From the NCBI GenBank assembly GCA_947085095.1, contig CAMTVD010000029.1, positions 1-38,699 on the forward strand: a DNA stretch of 38,699 nucleotides, given 5' to 3'. The notes under the pieces are model-generated. The model saw nothing but the letters and a program-made list of their open reading frames with translations. It was not told the DNA's origin and did not search any database. Origin of the DNA: an uncultured Thermus sp. (GTDB taxonomy: Bacteria > Deinococcota > Deinococci > Deinococcales > Thermaceae). Shown one piece after another: positions 1 to 7,437 of the stretch (its first letter is position 1; the number at the start of each line of letters is the position of its first letter). A program made the position numbers and the translations under genes.

Positions 1-140
1 AGGGTGTGTGGCGGCGGGTGAAGGGGTTTTTGATGCCTCGGCGGCACTACGGGGGGGTTGAGGAGCTTAGGGAGGCGGTGGTTCAGGCCCTCAAGGCCCT
101 GGGGGGTGTGGAGTTGAAAATCTTGGGGGAGGGTACTTAA
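1..140 (+). mobile_element. 3' end of an IS630-family insertion sequence (partial transposase, truncated by window edge)
   Basis: Frame from nt 3 reads (E)GVWRRVKGFLMPRRHYGGVEELREAVVQALKALGGVELKILGEGT*. This matches the E-x-x-W-x-x-[VL]K segment after the IS630/Tc1 catalytic Glu. Its stop TAA (138-140) contains a TA dinucleotide, the IS630 target site. Confidence 0.8.
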
Positions 141-513
141 CAACACGCGTCCCGTTCACCTTCTTTAGGGAGAGTAGGTGGTCTTTGTCCCCGGTTACCA
201 GGTAGTTGGCCTGGGCCGCCAAGGCGGTGCCCAAGATTAGATTGTCGTCGGGGTCGGGAGAAAGGTGCACCCGTTTGGGTTTGACCAGAAGGCTTGCCTC
301 TCTGAACCGTCTCAGGAACCTACCCACAGCGACCCTGTTGGCAACTTTGGGGAACTTTTCCCGGATCACCCGGCGCATTTCCTCAACCTGGGCTTCCGAG
401 GTAACGATCTCAAATCGTCTTTCATCAAGACCGAGATCCACAACCAGGCGGTGCGCTTTGCCCCGAGATAGGAGGGCCGCTATGAGAACGTTGGTATCCA
501 GGACTACCCTCAG
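91..513 (-). CDS. PIN-domain toxin (PIN_3/COG1569-like VapC), C-terminus replaced by IS-derived tail
   Basis: LRVVLDTNVLIAALL...E..., DPDDNLILGTA, LVTGDKDHLL are the PIN acidic motifs. The probable start is CTG at 513-511, overlapping the upstream TGA. After GTRVV the frame runs into IS sequence (KYPPPRFSTPHPPGP*). Confidence 0.8.
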   Translation of the reverse strand: MRVVLDTNVLIAALLSRGKAHRLVVDLGLDERRFEIVTSEAQVEEMRRVIREKFPKVANRVAVGRFLRRFREASLLVKPKRVHLSPDPDDNLILGTALAAQANYLVTGDKDHLLSLKKVNGTRVVKYPPPRFSTPHPPGP

Positions 514-716
514 GACTCCTCCAGCTTGCGGAACACGTCTTCTTCCGTAAGGCCGGTTTTGGCGCTTATCTCCCTGGCCAGCTTCGCCGCTTCCTCGCAG
601 GCTTTCTTTCGGCGGACCTCTTCTTTCAGAAACTCCCGAAGGCGCTTGGACCACCCGGGGCCGTAGGCTTCCTTGAAGCGCTCAATCTCTTTTTCCAGAG
701 CAGGAGGCAAGGGCAT
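510..716 (-). CDS. Putative antitoxin (small RHH/CopG-like protein)
   Basis: 68 aa charged helical ORF directly upstream of and overlapping the PIN gene. LPPALEKEIER...WSKRLREFLKEEVRR resembles RHH helices. Confidence 0.7.
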   Translation of the reverse strand: MPLPPALEKEIERFKEAYGPGWSKRLREFLKEEVRRKKACEEAAKLAREISAKTGLTEEDVFRKLEES

Positions 717-766
717 ACCTTATAGATTAACCTAACAAGGCGCATTCGCCACAGTTTTCACTTCGT

Positions 767-979
767 TGGTCCATCCCCACGTGCGTGGGGACTACTACTA
801 CATCGCCAACACCACTAAGACTACTACCGGTCCATCCCCACGTGCGTGGGGACTACCAGGACCTGGCCAACCTGCTCCTGCGGGCTGGCGGTCCATCCCC
901 ACGTGCGTGGGGACTACGGAGACCACGAGGGGCACCGCCGTGGCCCCCACCGGTCCATCCCCACGTGCGTGGGGACTAC
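767..979 (-). CRISPR. Orphan type I-E CRISPR mini-array: 4 x 29-bp repeats, 3 spacers
   Basis: Repeats at 767-795, 828-856, 889-917 and 951-979; minus-strand consensus GTAGTCCCCACGCACGTGGGGATGGACCG with a CCCCACG/CGTGGGG stem. Spacers at 796-827 (32 bp), 857-888 (32 bp) and 918-950 (33 bp). The only variant base is the last nt of the 767 repeat, as expected for a trailer repeat. No cas genes in the window. Confidence 0.95.
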
Positions 980-1098
980 ACATGACCAGGACGGCGAAAG
1001 CGCCCGCTCACCCTTTATGCGTCTTTTTGGGAGGAATAACAGGGTATAGCTGTCAAGCTCCGCCGCGCCGGGGGATGGGTAGAGTGGGGGCGCTAGAG
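980..1098 (-). promoter_or_regulatory. Putative CRISPR leader
   Basis: Non-coding and less GC-rich stretch upstream of the first repeat in the inferred orientation. It has TTGACA at 1056-1051 but no canonically spaced -10. Confidence 0.55.
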
Positions 1099-1509
1099 CT
1101 ATCTTACTCCACGACCTTCCCGGGCGAGGAGGCCCATGCTGAGGGCGATGAGGACGAAGGCGATGAGGGCTTGGAGGGGGATGGGGAAGCTGGGGATGTA
1201 CTCCACCGTGCAGGGCACCGGGGGCTTGCAGGCCAGGGTGAAGAGGTCGGGGAAGCGCTGCTGGAGGAGGTGCAGGGCGCTGAGGCTTCCCCCGACCAGG
1301 GAGAGGGCCAGGCCGTAGGGCCAGACGCCGAAGTCCTGCCGCCACAGGGCCATGGCCAGCAGGATGGCCTGGGGGTACATGAAGATGCGCTGGTACCAGC
1401 AGAGCTCGCAGGGCAGGAAAAGCCGCACCTCCGAGTAGTAGAGGCTACCCAAGGTGGCCACCAGGGCCACCACCCAGGCGAAGGCCAGGAGCAGGGGAGC
1501 GCGCTTCAT
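1099..1509 (-). CDS. dsbB: Disulfide bond formation protein B (DsbB/BdbC family)
   Basis: Hydrophobic helices, PCELCWYQR motif and second Cys pair CKPPVPC. ATG 1509 lies 7 nt after a TATGCT -10. Confidence 0.85.
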   Translation of the reverse strand: MKRAPLLLAFAWVVALVATLGSLYYSEVRLFLPCELCWYQRIFMYPQAILLAMALWRQDFGVWPYGLALSLVGGSLSALHLLQQRFPDLFTLACKPPVPCTVEYIPSFPIPLQALIAFVLIALSMGLLAREGRGVR

Positions 1510-1539
1510 CGGCCCCAGCATACCCCTAAACTGGGAGGT

Positions 1540-1689
1540 ATGGGGGCGGAAGGGCTCGAGGAGGGCGAGGACTTTTACTGGGAGGACGGGCGGATGGTCT
1601 TCACCGAGGCCTACCACCGCAAACGGGGCTACTGCTGCGGCTCGGGTTGTCGCCACTGCCCGTGGAGGGAGGAGGAAAAGGAGGGCTAG
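1540..1689 (+). CDS. Small Cys-rich protein (DUF5522-like)
   Basis: MGAEGLEEGEDFYWEDGRMVFTEAYHRKRGYCCGSGCRHCPW has the RGxCCGxGCRHCP signature. ATG lies 7 nt after TAAACT. Confidence 0.75.
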   Translation: MGAEGLEEGEDFYWEDGRMVFTEAYHRKRGYCCGSGCRHCPWREEEKEG

Positions 1690-2600
1690 GCCTCGAGGAG
1701 GGCTTCCACGAAGGCCTCGGGGTCAAAGGGCTGGAGGTCGTCCGGCCCCTCGCCCACCCCGATGAACCGGATGGGCACCTTGAGGGTGCGCACGATGGGG
1801 ATCAGGACCCCGCCCTTGGCCGTGCCGTCCAGCTTGGTGACGATGACCCCGGTGAGCCCCACCGCCTCGTGGAACTTCCTGGCCTGCTCTAGGCCGTTCT
1901 GTCCCGTGACGGCGTCCAGCACCAGCCAGACCTCCTTGGGCTCCTCCGGGTCCGCCTTGGCGATGGCCCGCTTCACCTTTTTCAGCTCCTCCATGAGGTT
2001 GTGCTTGGTGTGCAGGCGGCCTGCGGTGTCCACCAGGAGGAGGTCCAGGCCCCGGGCCCTCATGGCCTGGACAGCGTCGTAGGCGAGGGCGGCGGGGTCC
2101 GCCCCCTCGGGGCCCTGGATCACGGGGACACCGAGGCGCTTTCCCCACTCGGCGAGCTGGGTTCCCCCGGCGGCCCGGAAGGTGTCCCCGGCGCAGAACA
2201 TCACCTTCTTGCCCAGGGCCTGGTAGTGGCGGCCCAGCTTGGCGATGGTGGTGGTCTTGCCCACCCCGTTCACCCCCACCACCAGGACCACCCGGCCCCT
2301 GGGCTCCACGGGCTTGGGCTTTTGCGGGTTGAAGCCAAGCTTCCTGAGGGTGGCCCGGCGCTCGTCCGGCTCCAGCATCGCCACCAGTTTTTCCTTCACC
2401 GCCTCCTTCAGGTCCTTCCGGCCCGAGGCCCGCACCTCCTTCAGGATCTCCTCGGTGGCGGGAAGGCCCACGTCGGCGGAGAGGAGGGCCATTTCCAGCT
2501 CCTCCAGCACCTCCTCGGGGTCGCCGCCCCAGGGAATGGCCTTGAGGAGCCTCTCCCGGGTTTTGGCCAGACCTGCCTTTAGCCGGTCAAAGAAGCCCAT
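1686..2600 (-). CDS. ftsY: SRP receptor FtsY
   Basis: GVNGVGKTTT, DTFRAA, DTAGR and TKLDGTAKGG motifs; short form without an acidic A-domain. Confidence 0.97.
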   Translation of the reverse strand: MGFFDRLKAGLAKTRERLLKAIPWGGDPEEVLEELEMALLSADVGLPATEEILKEVRASGRKDLKEAVKEKLVAMLEPDERRATLRKLGFNPQKPKPVEPRGRVVLVVGVNGVGKTTTIAKLGRHYQALGKKVMFCAGDTFRAAGGTQLAEWGKRLGVPVIQGPEGADPAALAYDAVQAMRARGLDLLLVDTAGRLHTKHNLMEELKKVKRAIAKADPEEPKEVWLVLDAVTGQNGLEQARKFHEAVGLTGVIVTKLDGTAKGGVLIPIVRTLKVPIRFIGVGEGPDDLQPFDPEAFVEALLEA

Positions 2601-3040
2601 TAGCGGAAGTTGATGCCTAGGCCCAGGCGCCAGACCTTGGGGAAGTTGGCGAAACCGTAGACGTAGGTGGCCTCGGCGAAGAGGCCGGTGAAGGGGTCAA
2701 GGAGCCCCTCCATGCCCACAGTAAAGCTGACGCCGGCGGTGGCCTGCCCGCCCAAGAGCCCGCTCAGCCCCCCGCCGAAGTAGGGGAGGAGGCCCCTAAG
2801 GGTGGGGTCGTACTGGCCCAGATCCGGCTTGAAGAGGAGGCTGGCCTCGAGGGCCACCCCGGGGGCGGCGGGGGCCAGCTCCGCCAGGAGACGGCCCGAG
2901 AGGTTCTGCCGGAGGCGGTTTTCCACTCCGGCCCCAAAGGTGAGGCCCAGGCCTTCCCCATAACCGAAGCGCATCCCAATGGCGCTTTGGGCGCTGGCCA
3001 GACCAAGGAAAAGGGTAAGGGCGAGAAGGACCTTCTTCAC
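2600..3040 (-). CDS. Secreted/outer-membrane beta-barrel-like protein
   Basis: GTG start at 3040, signal peptide (KKVLLALTLFLGLASAQ), alternating beta-strand pattern, C-terminal WRLGLGINFR. Confidence 0.65.
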   Translation of the reverse strand: MKKVLLALTLFLGLASAQSAIGMRFGYGEGLGLTFGAGVENRLRQNLSGRLLAELAPAAPGVALEASLLFKPDLGQYDPTLRGLLPYFGGGLSGLLGGQATAGVSFTVGMEGLLDPFTGLFAEATYVYGFANFPKVWRLGLGINFR

Positions 3041-3072
3041 GCCCTCCAGTATATCCTGGCTTGCGGCTTTCT

Positions 3073-4479
3073 TCACGAAAGAGCCCGCTCCAGGCGGGAA
3101 AGGGTCCGCTCCTTGCCCAGAAGGGCCATGATCTCAAAGAGGCCCGGGGTTTCCAGGCTCCCGGTGAGGGCGGCCCGCAGGGGCTGGGCCACCTGGCCGA
3201 GCTTCAGCCCCCTTTCAGCGGCAAAGCCCCGGAGGAGGGTGTCCAAGGCGGTCTCGTCCCACGCCTCCTGGGCCCTCAGGAGGGGAAGGACTTCCCTTAG
3301 GAGGGTTAGCCCCTCCGCCAGCTTGGCCTGGGCTTTCTCGGAGAAGGGGTAGTTCTCGGTGAAGAGGTAGGGGGCCTTCTCGGGGAGCTCCTTCAGGGTG
3401 TCAAACCGGGGGCGCATGAGCGCCACGGCCCGGCGCAGGTAGGCCTCGTCGGGCCAGGAGAAGCCCGCTGCCTCCAAAAAGGGCTTCACCCGCTCGGCCA
3501 CCTCCTCCAGGGATAGGACCTCGCGGATGTACTTCCCGTTCAACCAGCGGAGCTTTTCCAGGTCAAAGACCGGGCCGCCCAGGGAGACCCTTTCCCAGGT
3601 GAAGGCGGCGATGAGCTCCTCCAAGGTGAAGATCTCCCGCCCGTCGGGCATGGAGAAGCCCATGAGGGCCAGGTAGTTCCTGAGGGCCTCCGGCAGGAAG
3701 CCTTCCGCCTTGTACCACTCCAGGGAGGTGTGGCTCTTGCGCTTGGAGATCTTGGTCCTGTCGGGGTTCCTGAGGAGGGGCATGTGGTAGAACCTGGGCA
3801 CCTCCCAGCCGAAGGCCTGGTAGAGGAGGACGTGGATGGGGGTGGAGACCAGCCACTCCTCGGCCCGGATCACGTCGGTGACCTCCATGAGGTGGTCGTC
3901 CACCACGTTGGCCAGGTGGTAGGTGGGGTAGCCGTCGGATTTTAGGAGGACCACGTCGGGGATCTCCTGGTTATCGTAGACCACCACCCCCCTCAGCTCG
4001 TCCCGGACCTCGGTGGTGCCGGGCCGGGGCACCTTGAGGCGGATCACGTGGGGCTCCCCCCGCCTGGCCCTTTCCTCCGCCTCCTCTTGGGGGATGTTCC
4101 GGGCGCGGCCGTCGTAGCCGCCCTTTTCCTGGCGGATCCTCTCCAGCTCCTCCGGGGTCTCAAAGGCCCGGTAGGCCCACCCGCGCCTTAGGAGCTCCTC
4201 GGCGTGCTCCCGGTAAAGGGGAAGCCTTTCCGATTGGCGGTAGGGGCCGTGGGGCCCCCCGATGTCCGGCCCCTCGTCGTAGGGGATGCCCAGCCACTTT
4301 AGGGCGGCCAGGATCCTTTCCTCGGCCCCGGGCACGTAGCGGGCTCGGTCCGTGTCCTCTATGCGCACAATGAAGCGCCCCCCGTTCTTCCGGGCCCAGA
4401 CGTGGTTGAAGAGGGCGATGTAGGCCGTGCCCACGTGGGGGTCCCCCGTGGGGCTTGGGGCGATGCGGGTCACCACCAT
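3073..4479 (-). CDS. gltX: Glutamate--tRNA ligase
   Basis: TRIAPSPTG, HVGT (HIGH), RIEDTD, KISKR (KMSKS). Confidence 0.97.
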   Translation of the reverse strand: MVVTRIAPSPTGDPHVGTAYIALFNHVWARKNGGRFIVRIEDTDRARYVPGAEERILAALKWLGIPYDEGPDIGGPHGPYRQSERLPLYREHAEELLRRGWAYRAFETPEELERIRQEKGGYDGRARNIPQEEAEERARRGEPHVIRLKVPRPGTTEVRDELRGVVVYDNQEIPDVVLLKSDGYPTYHLANVVDDHLMEVTDVIRAEEWLVSTPIHVLLYQAFGWEVPRFYHMPLLRNPDRTKISKRKSHTSLEWYKAEGFLPEALRNYLALMGFSMPDGREIFTLEELIAAFTWERVSLGGPVFDLEKLRWLNGKYIREVLSLEEVAERVKPFLEAAGFSWPDEAYLRRAVALMRPRFDTLKELPEKAPYLFTENYPFSEKAQAKLAEGLTLLREVLPLLRAQEAWDETALDTLLRGFAAERGLKLGQVAQPLRAALTGSLETPGLFEIMALLGKERTLSRLERALS

Positions 4480-4533
4480 ACCTCGCCCATTATCTCACCC
4501 AGGGCTAAAGGTTGGGCTTTAGCCTAAGAGGTA

Positions 4534-5262
4534 ATGGACGGAGAGCTTCGCGCCCAAGGCCTGAGAAAGCGCTACGGCCCCAAGGAGGTGGTGAAAGGGG
4601 TGGACCTCCAGCTCAGGCGGGGGGAGATCGTGGCCCTTTTCGGCCCCAACGGGGCGGGGAAGACCACCACCTTCTACATGGTGGTGGGCTTCATCAGGCC
4701 CACGGGGGGGCGCATCTTCCTCAAGGGGCGGGAGATCGGCCACCTGCCCATGTACCAAAGGGCCCGCCTGGGCCTGGGCTACCTGCCCCAGGAGCCCAGC
4801 GCCTTCCGGCGCATGACCGTCTTGGAGAACCTCCTCGCCATCCTGGAGTTCCAGCCCCTCTCCAAGAAAGACCGTCTGGAGAAGGCCAAGGCCCTTTTGG
4901 AGGAGCTGGCCATCTACCACCTCAAGGACCGCATGGCCTACGCCCTCTCCGGGGGGGAAAGGCGCAGGTTGGAAATCGCCCGGGCCCTCTCCACCGACCC
5001 CGACTTCTTCCTCCTGGACGAGCCCTTCACCGGGGTGGACCCCAAGAACGTGCGGGAGATCCAGAAGGTCATCGCCGAGCTAAGGGAAAGGCGGGGGGTG
5101 GGGGTTTTCATCACCGACCACGCGGTGCGGGAGACCCTGGCCATCACCGACCGGGTCTATGTGATGTACGACGGGGAGATCCTCTTCCAAGGGGATCCCA
5201 GGACCTTTGCCCGGGACCAGGGGGTGAGGCGGCACTACCTGGGGGAAGACTACGAGCTTTAG
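4534..5262 (+). CDS. lptB: LptB-like ABC ATPase
   Basis: [49 protein letters not shown] and HYLGE are LptB-specific motifs. Confidence 0.88.
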   Translation: MDGELRAQGLRKRYGPKEVVKGVDLQLRRGEIVALFGPNGAGKTTTFYMVVGFIRPTGGRIFLKGREIGHLPMYQRARLGLGYLPQEPSAFRRMTVLENLLAILEFQPLSKKDRLEKAKALLEELAIYHLKDRMAYALSGGERRRLEIARALSTDPDFFLLDEPFTGVDPKNVREIQKVIAELRERRGVGVFITDHAVRETLAITDRVYVMYDGEILFQGDPRTFARDQGVRRHYLGEDYEL

Positions 5263-6672
5263 ATGACCTTCTGGGCCCTTCTCACCCTTATTCTCCTCCT
5301 TTCTGCCCTGGTGGCCTACCTGGGGGACCGGGTGGCCAAGTGGGCGGGGAAGCGGCACTACCGCCTGCTTGGTCTTAGGCCCAGGCAGACGGCCACCCTG
5401 GTGGCGGTCCTCACCGGGGTGGGGATCGCCCTTTTCAGCTACCTGGGCTTTTTGCTGGTCTTCCGGGAGGCCCGGGAGACCATCCTCGAGGCCCAGGCCA
5501 TCCGGGAGGAGCGGGACCGGCTCAAGGTGGAGCGGGAAGCCCTGCTGAGGGCCAAGGAGGCCATGGAAATGGAGGCGGCCAGGACCCTGGCGGAGCTCAA
5601 CGCCCTTAGGGCCGAACGCAAGGAGCTTGCCGAGGCCTTGGAGCGGGCGGAGTCCCTCAGGGAGCGCTTGCAGGGCGAGGCCAAGGCCTTGGAGGCCCAG
5701 GTGGCCGCCCTGGGGAAGGAGAAGGCTCGCCTCGAGGGGGAGAAGGCCCGGCTCGTTGCTCTTTTGGAGGACAAGGAAAAGGCCCTGGCGGACCGGGAGA
5801 AGGCCCTAGCGGAGAGGGCTGAGGCCCTGAAGGCCCTGGAGGCCAGGCTCAAGGCCTTGGAGGAGGCGGCCCGAAGGGCGGAAGCGGAAAAAGAGCGGCT
5901 GGAAGGGGAAAGGGACCGCTTGCAGGCCGACCTAGCCCTGCTCCAAGCCCGCCTGGAGGAGGCGAGGCGGGAACGCCAGGCCCTCCAGGAGGAGCTTTCG
6001 GCCATGCGGGCCAGGCTTAGCCAGGCGCAAAGGAGCCTCTCCCAGGCGGAGGCCCGGGTAAGGGCCCTCCTGCAGCAGGCGGAGGCCCTGGAAGGGGAGC
6101 GGGGCCAGCTCTCCGAGAGGCTTTTGCGCCTCAGCCAGGGGCTCTACCTGGGGGAGGTTCGCCTTTCAGGGGAGGAGGGTCGGGCCGTCTTGGAGCGGGT
6201 GGCGGAGCGCCGGGCCATTCTCCAGGGCTTCCGGGGGGCGGAGGTGTTGGAGGGGGAGGTGCGGGGGCCGGGGGTTGCGGTCCTCGAGGGGGCGGGGTAC
6301 CGGGACGGAAGGCTTCTGGTGCGCTTCCGCTTCTACCTGGAAAGGAGGGCCTTTTCCGCCGGGGAGGTCCTGGCCAGCGCCACCTTCCGCCTTTCCACAC
6401 CAGCCCGCAACCAGGAGGTCTTGGAGCGCCTGGGGGAGGGTGTGCGGCGGAAGCTTGTGGAGGCGGGCTTCCCTCCCGAGTACGCCACCTTTCCCTCCCC
6501 CGAGGAGCTGGCCCGGGGCCTGGCCCTCCTCCAGGGGAAGAAGGGGGTGGTGCGGATGGGGGTGGTGGCGGCCAAGGACCTCTGGACCACGGAAAAGCCC
6601 CTCCTGGCCTTCCAGCTCCTAGGGGGGCCGCCGGGCCCGGAGGTACCGATCCCGACCCGCCAGATCCCTTAG
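5263..6672 (+). CDS. DUF3084-like membrane-anchored coiled-coil protein
   Basis: N-terminal AYLGDRV...GKRHYRLLGLRPRQTA with two TM helices, a long heptad coiled coil and a globular C-terminus. ATG directly follows the lptB stop. Confidence 0.75.
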   Translation: MTFWALLTLILLLSALVAYLGDRVAKWAGKRHYRLLGLRPRQTATLVAVLTGVGIALFSYLGFLLVFREARETILEAQAIREERDRLKVEREALLRAKEAMEMEAARTLAELNALRAERKELAEALERAESLRERLQGEAKALEAQVAALGKEKARLEGEKARLVALLEDKEKALADREKALAERAEALKALEARLKALEEAARRAEAEKERLEGERDRLQADLALLQARLEEARRERQALQEELSAMRARLSQAQRSLSQAEARVRALLQQAEALEGERGQLSERLLRLSQGLYLGEVRLSGEEGRAVLERVAERRAILQGFRGAEVLEGEVRGPGVAVLEGAGYRDGRLLVRFRFYLERRAFSAGEVLASATFRLSTPARNQEVLERLGEGVRRKLVEAGFPPEYATFPSPEELARGLALLQGKKGVVRMGVVAAKDLWTTEKPLLAFQLLGGPPGPEVPIPTRQIP

Positions 6673-7437
6673 CACCGCCACCTCTTGGAAGCCCAGTTCT
6701 CTCAGCTCCGCCGCCAGAGTGCCCGCATTTTCCGGGGCGAGCTCCAAAAGGAGGAAGCCGCCGGGCTTCAAGGCCCCCCAGGCCTCCTGGGCCAGGGGGC
6801 GGGCTACGGCGAGGCCATCAGGGCCCGCATAGAGGGCCAGGGGGCTTTCAAAGGAGAGCTCCTTGGGGGCTTCTTCCCGGTAGCCTTCGGGCAGGTAGGG
6901 GGGGTTGGCGATCAGGAGGTCCAGGTCTTTGAGCCCGCCTGTGAGGGGAGCCCTGAGGAAGCGCACCCCTAGGCCAAGCCTTCTGGCGTTCTCCTCCGCC
7001 AGGGCCAGGGCCTTCTCGTCCACCTCGGTGGCCAAGACCTCCGCCTGGGGCAGGTGCGCTTTCAGGGCCAGGGCGATGGCCCCCGTCCCCGTGCCCACGT
7101 CCAGGATGCGGGGCCTTTTCGGGAGGGGAAGCCCTAGGGCCAACTCCACCAGCCCCTCCGTCTCCGGCCTGGGGATCAGGACCCCCTCGGCCACCTTCAG
7201 GGGAAGGCCCATGAACTCCACCTCCCCCAGGAGGTACTGCAGGGGGTAACCGGAAAGCCGCTTCTCTAGGAGGCCAGAAACTCTCGCCTCCGTTCCTGGG
7301 GGCGGGGGTTGGGAGAGGCTTAGGAGGAGGGCCTTACGGGGAAGGCCGGCCGCTTGGGCGAGGAGGTCCAGGGCCTCCCCCTTGGGGAGGCCCGCCTCTT
7401 CAAGCCTCCTCTCCAGTTCCCGGAGGAGCCTTATCAC
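6619..7437 (-). CDS. prmC: Release factor glutamine methyltransferase
   Basis: PLQYLLG, VLIPRPETE, LDVGTGTG, NPPY. Confidence 0.95.
   Translation of the reverse strand: MIRLLRELERRLEEAGLPKGEALDLLAQAAGLPRKALLLSLSQPPPPGTEARVSGLLEKRLSGYPLQYLLGEVEFMGLPLKVAEGVLIPRPETEGLVELALGLPLPKRPRILDVGTGTGAIALALKAHLPQAEVLATEVDEKALALAEENARRLGLGVRFLRAPLTGGLKDLDLLIANPPYLPEGYREEAPKELSFESPLALYAGPDGLAVARPLAQEAWGALKPGGFLLLELAPENAGTLAAELRELGFQEVAVLRDLAGRDRYLRARRPP

Noticed and set aside
514..654. 47-aa N-terminal extension of the PIN toxin
   Set aside because: It is the out-of-frame overlap with the antitoxin gene and is non-protein-like. PIN similarity starts at LRVVLDTN.
717..766. Possible fourth spacer plus degenerate fifth repeat
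   Set aside because: No repeat-like sequence is present 32-33 nt beyond the 767 repeat.
796..950. Spacers targeting the TA genes or other genes in the window (CreA-like regulation)
   Set aside because: Only short chance matches were seen (e.g. 12 nt of spacer 2 in fabD). A proper partial-match search with PAM was not possible.
766..1539. ORFs running through the CRISPR array (766..1689 +, 785..985, 798..983, 846..1049)
   Set aside because: They translate repeats and antisense dsbB. Only the final 49 codons (1540-1689) look like a real gene.
5500..6130. Repetitive GAGGCCCTG/AAGGCC-rich DNA
   Set aside because: It is explained by coiled-coil heptads and codon bias, not by a DNA repeat array.
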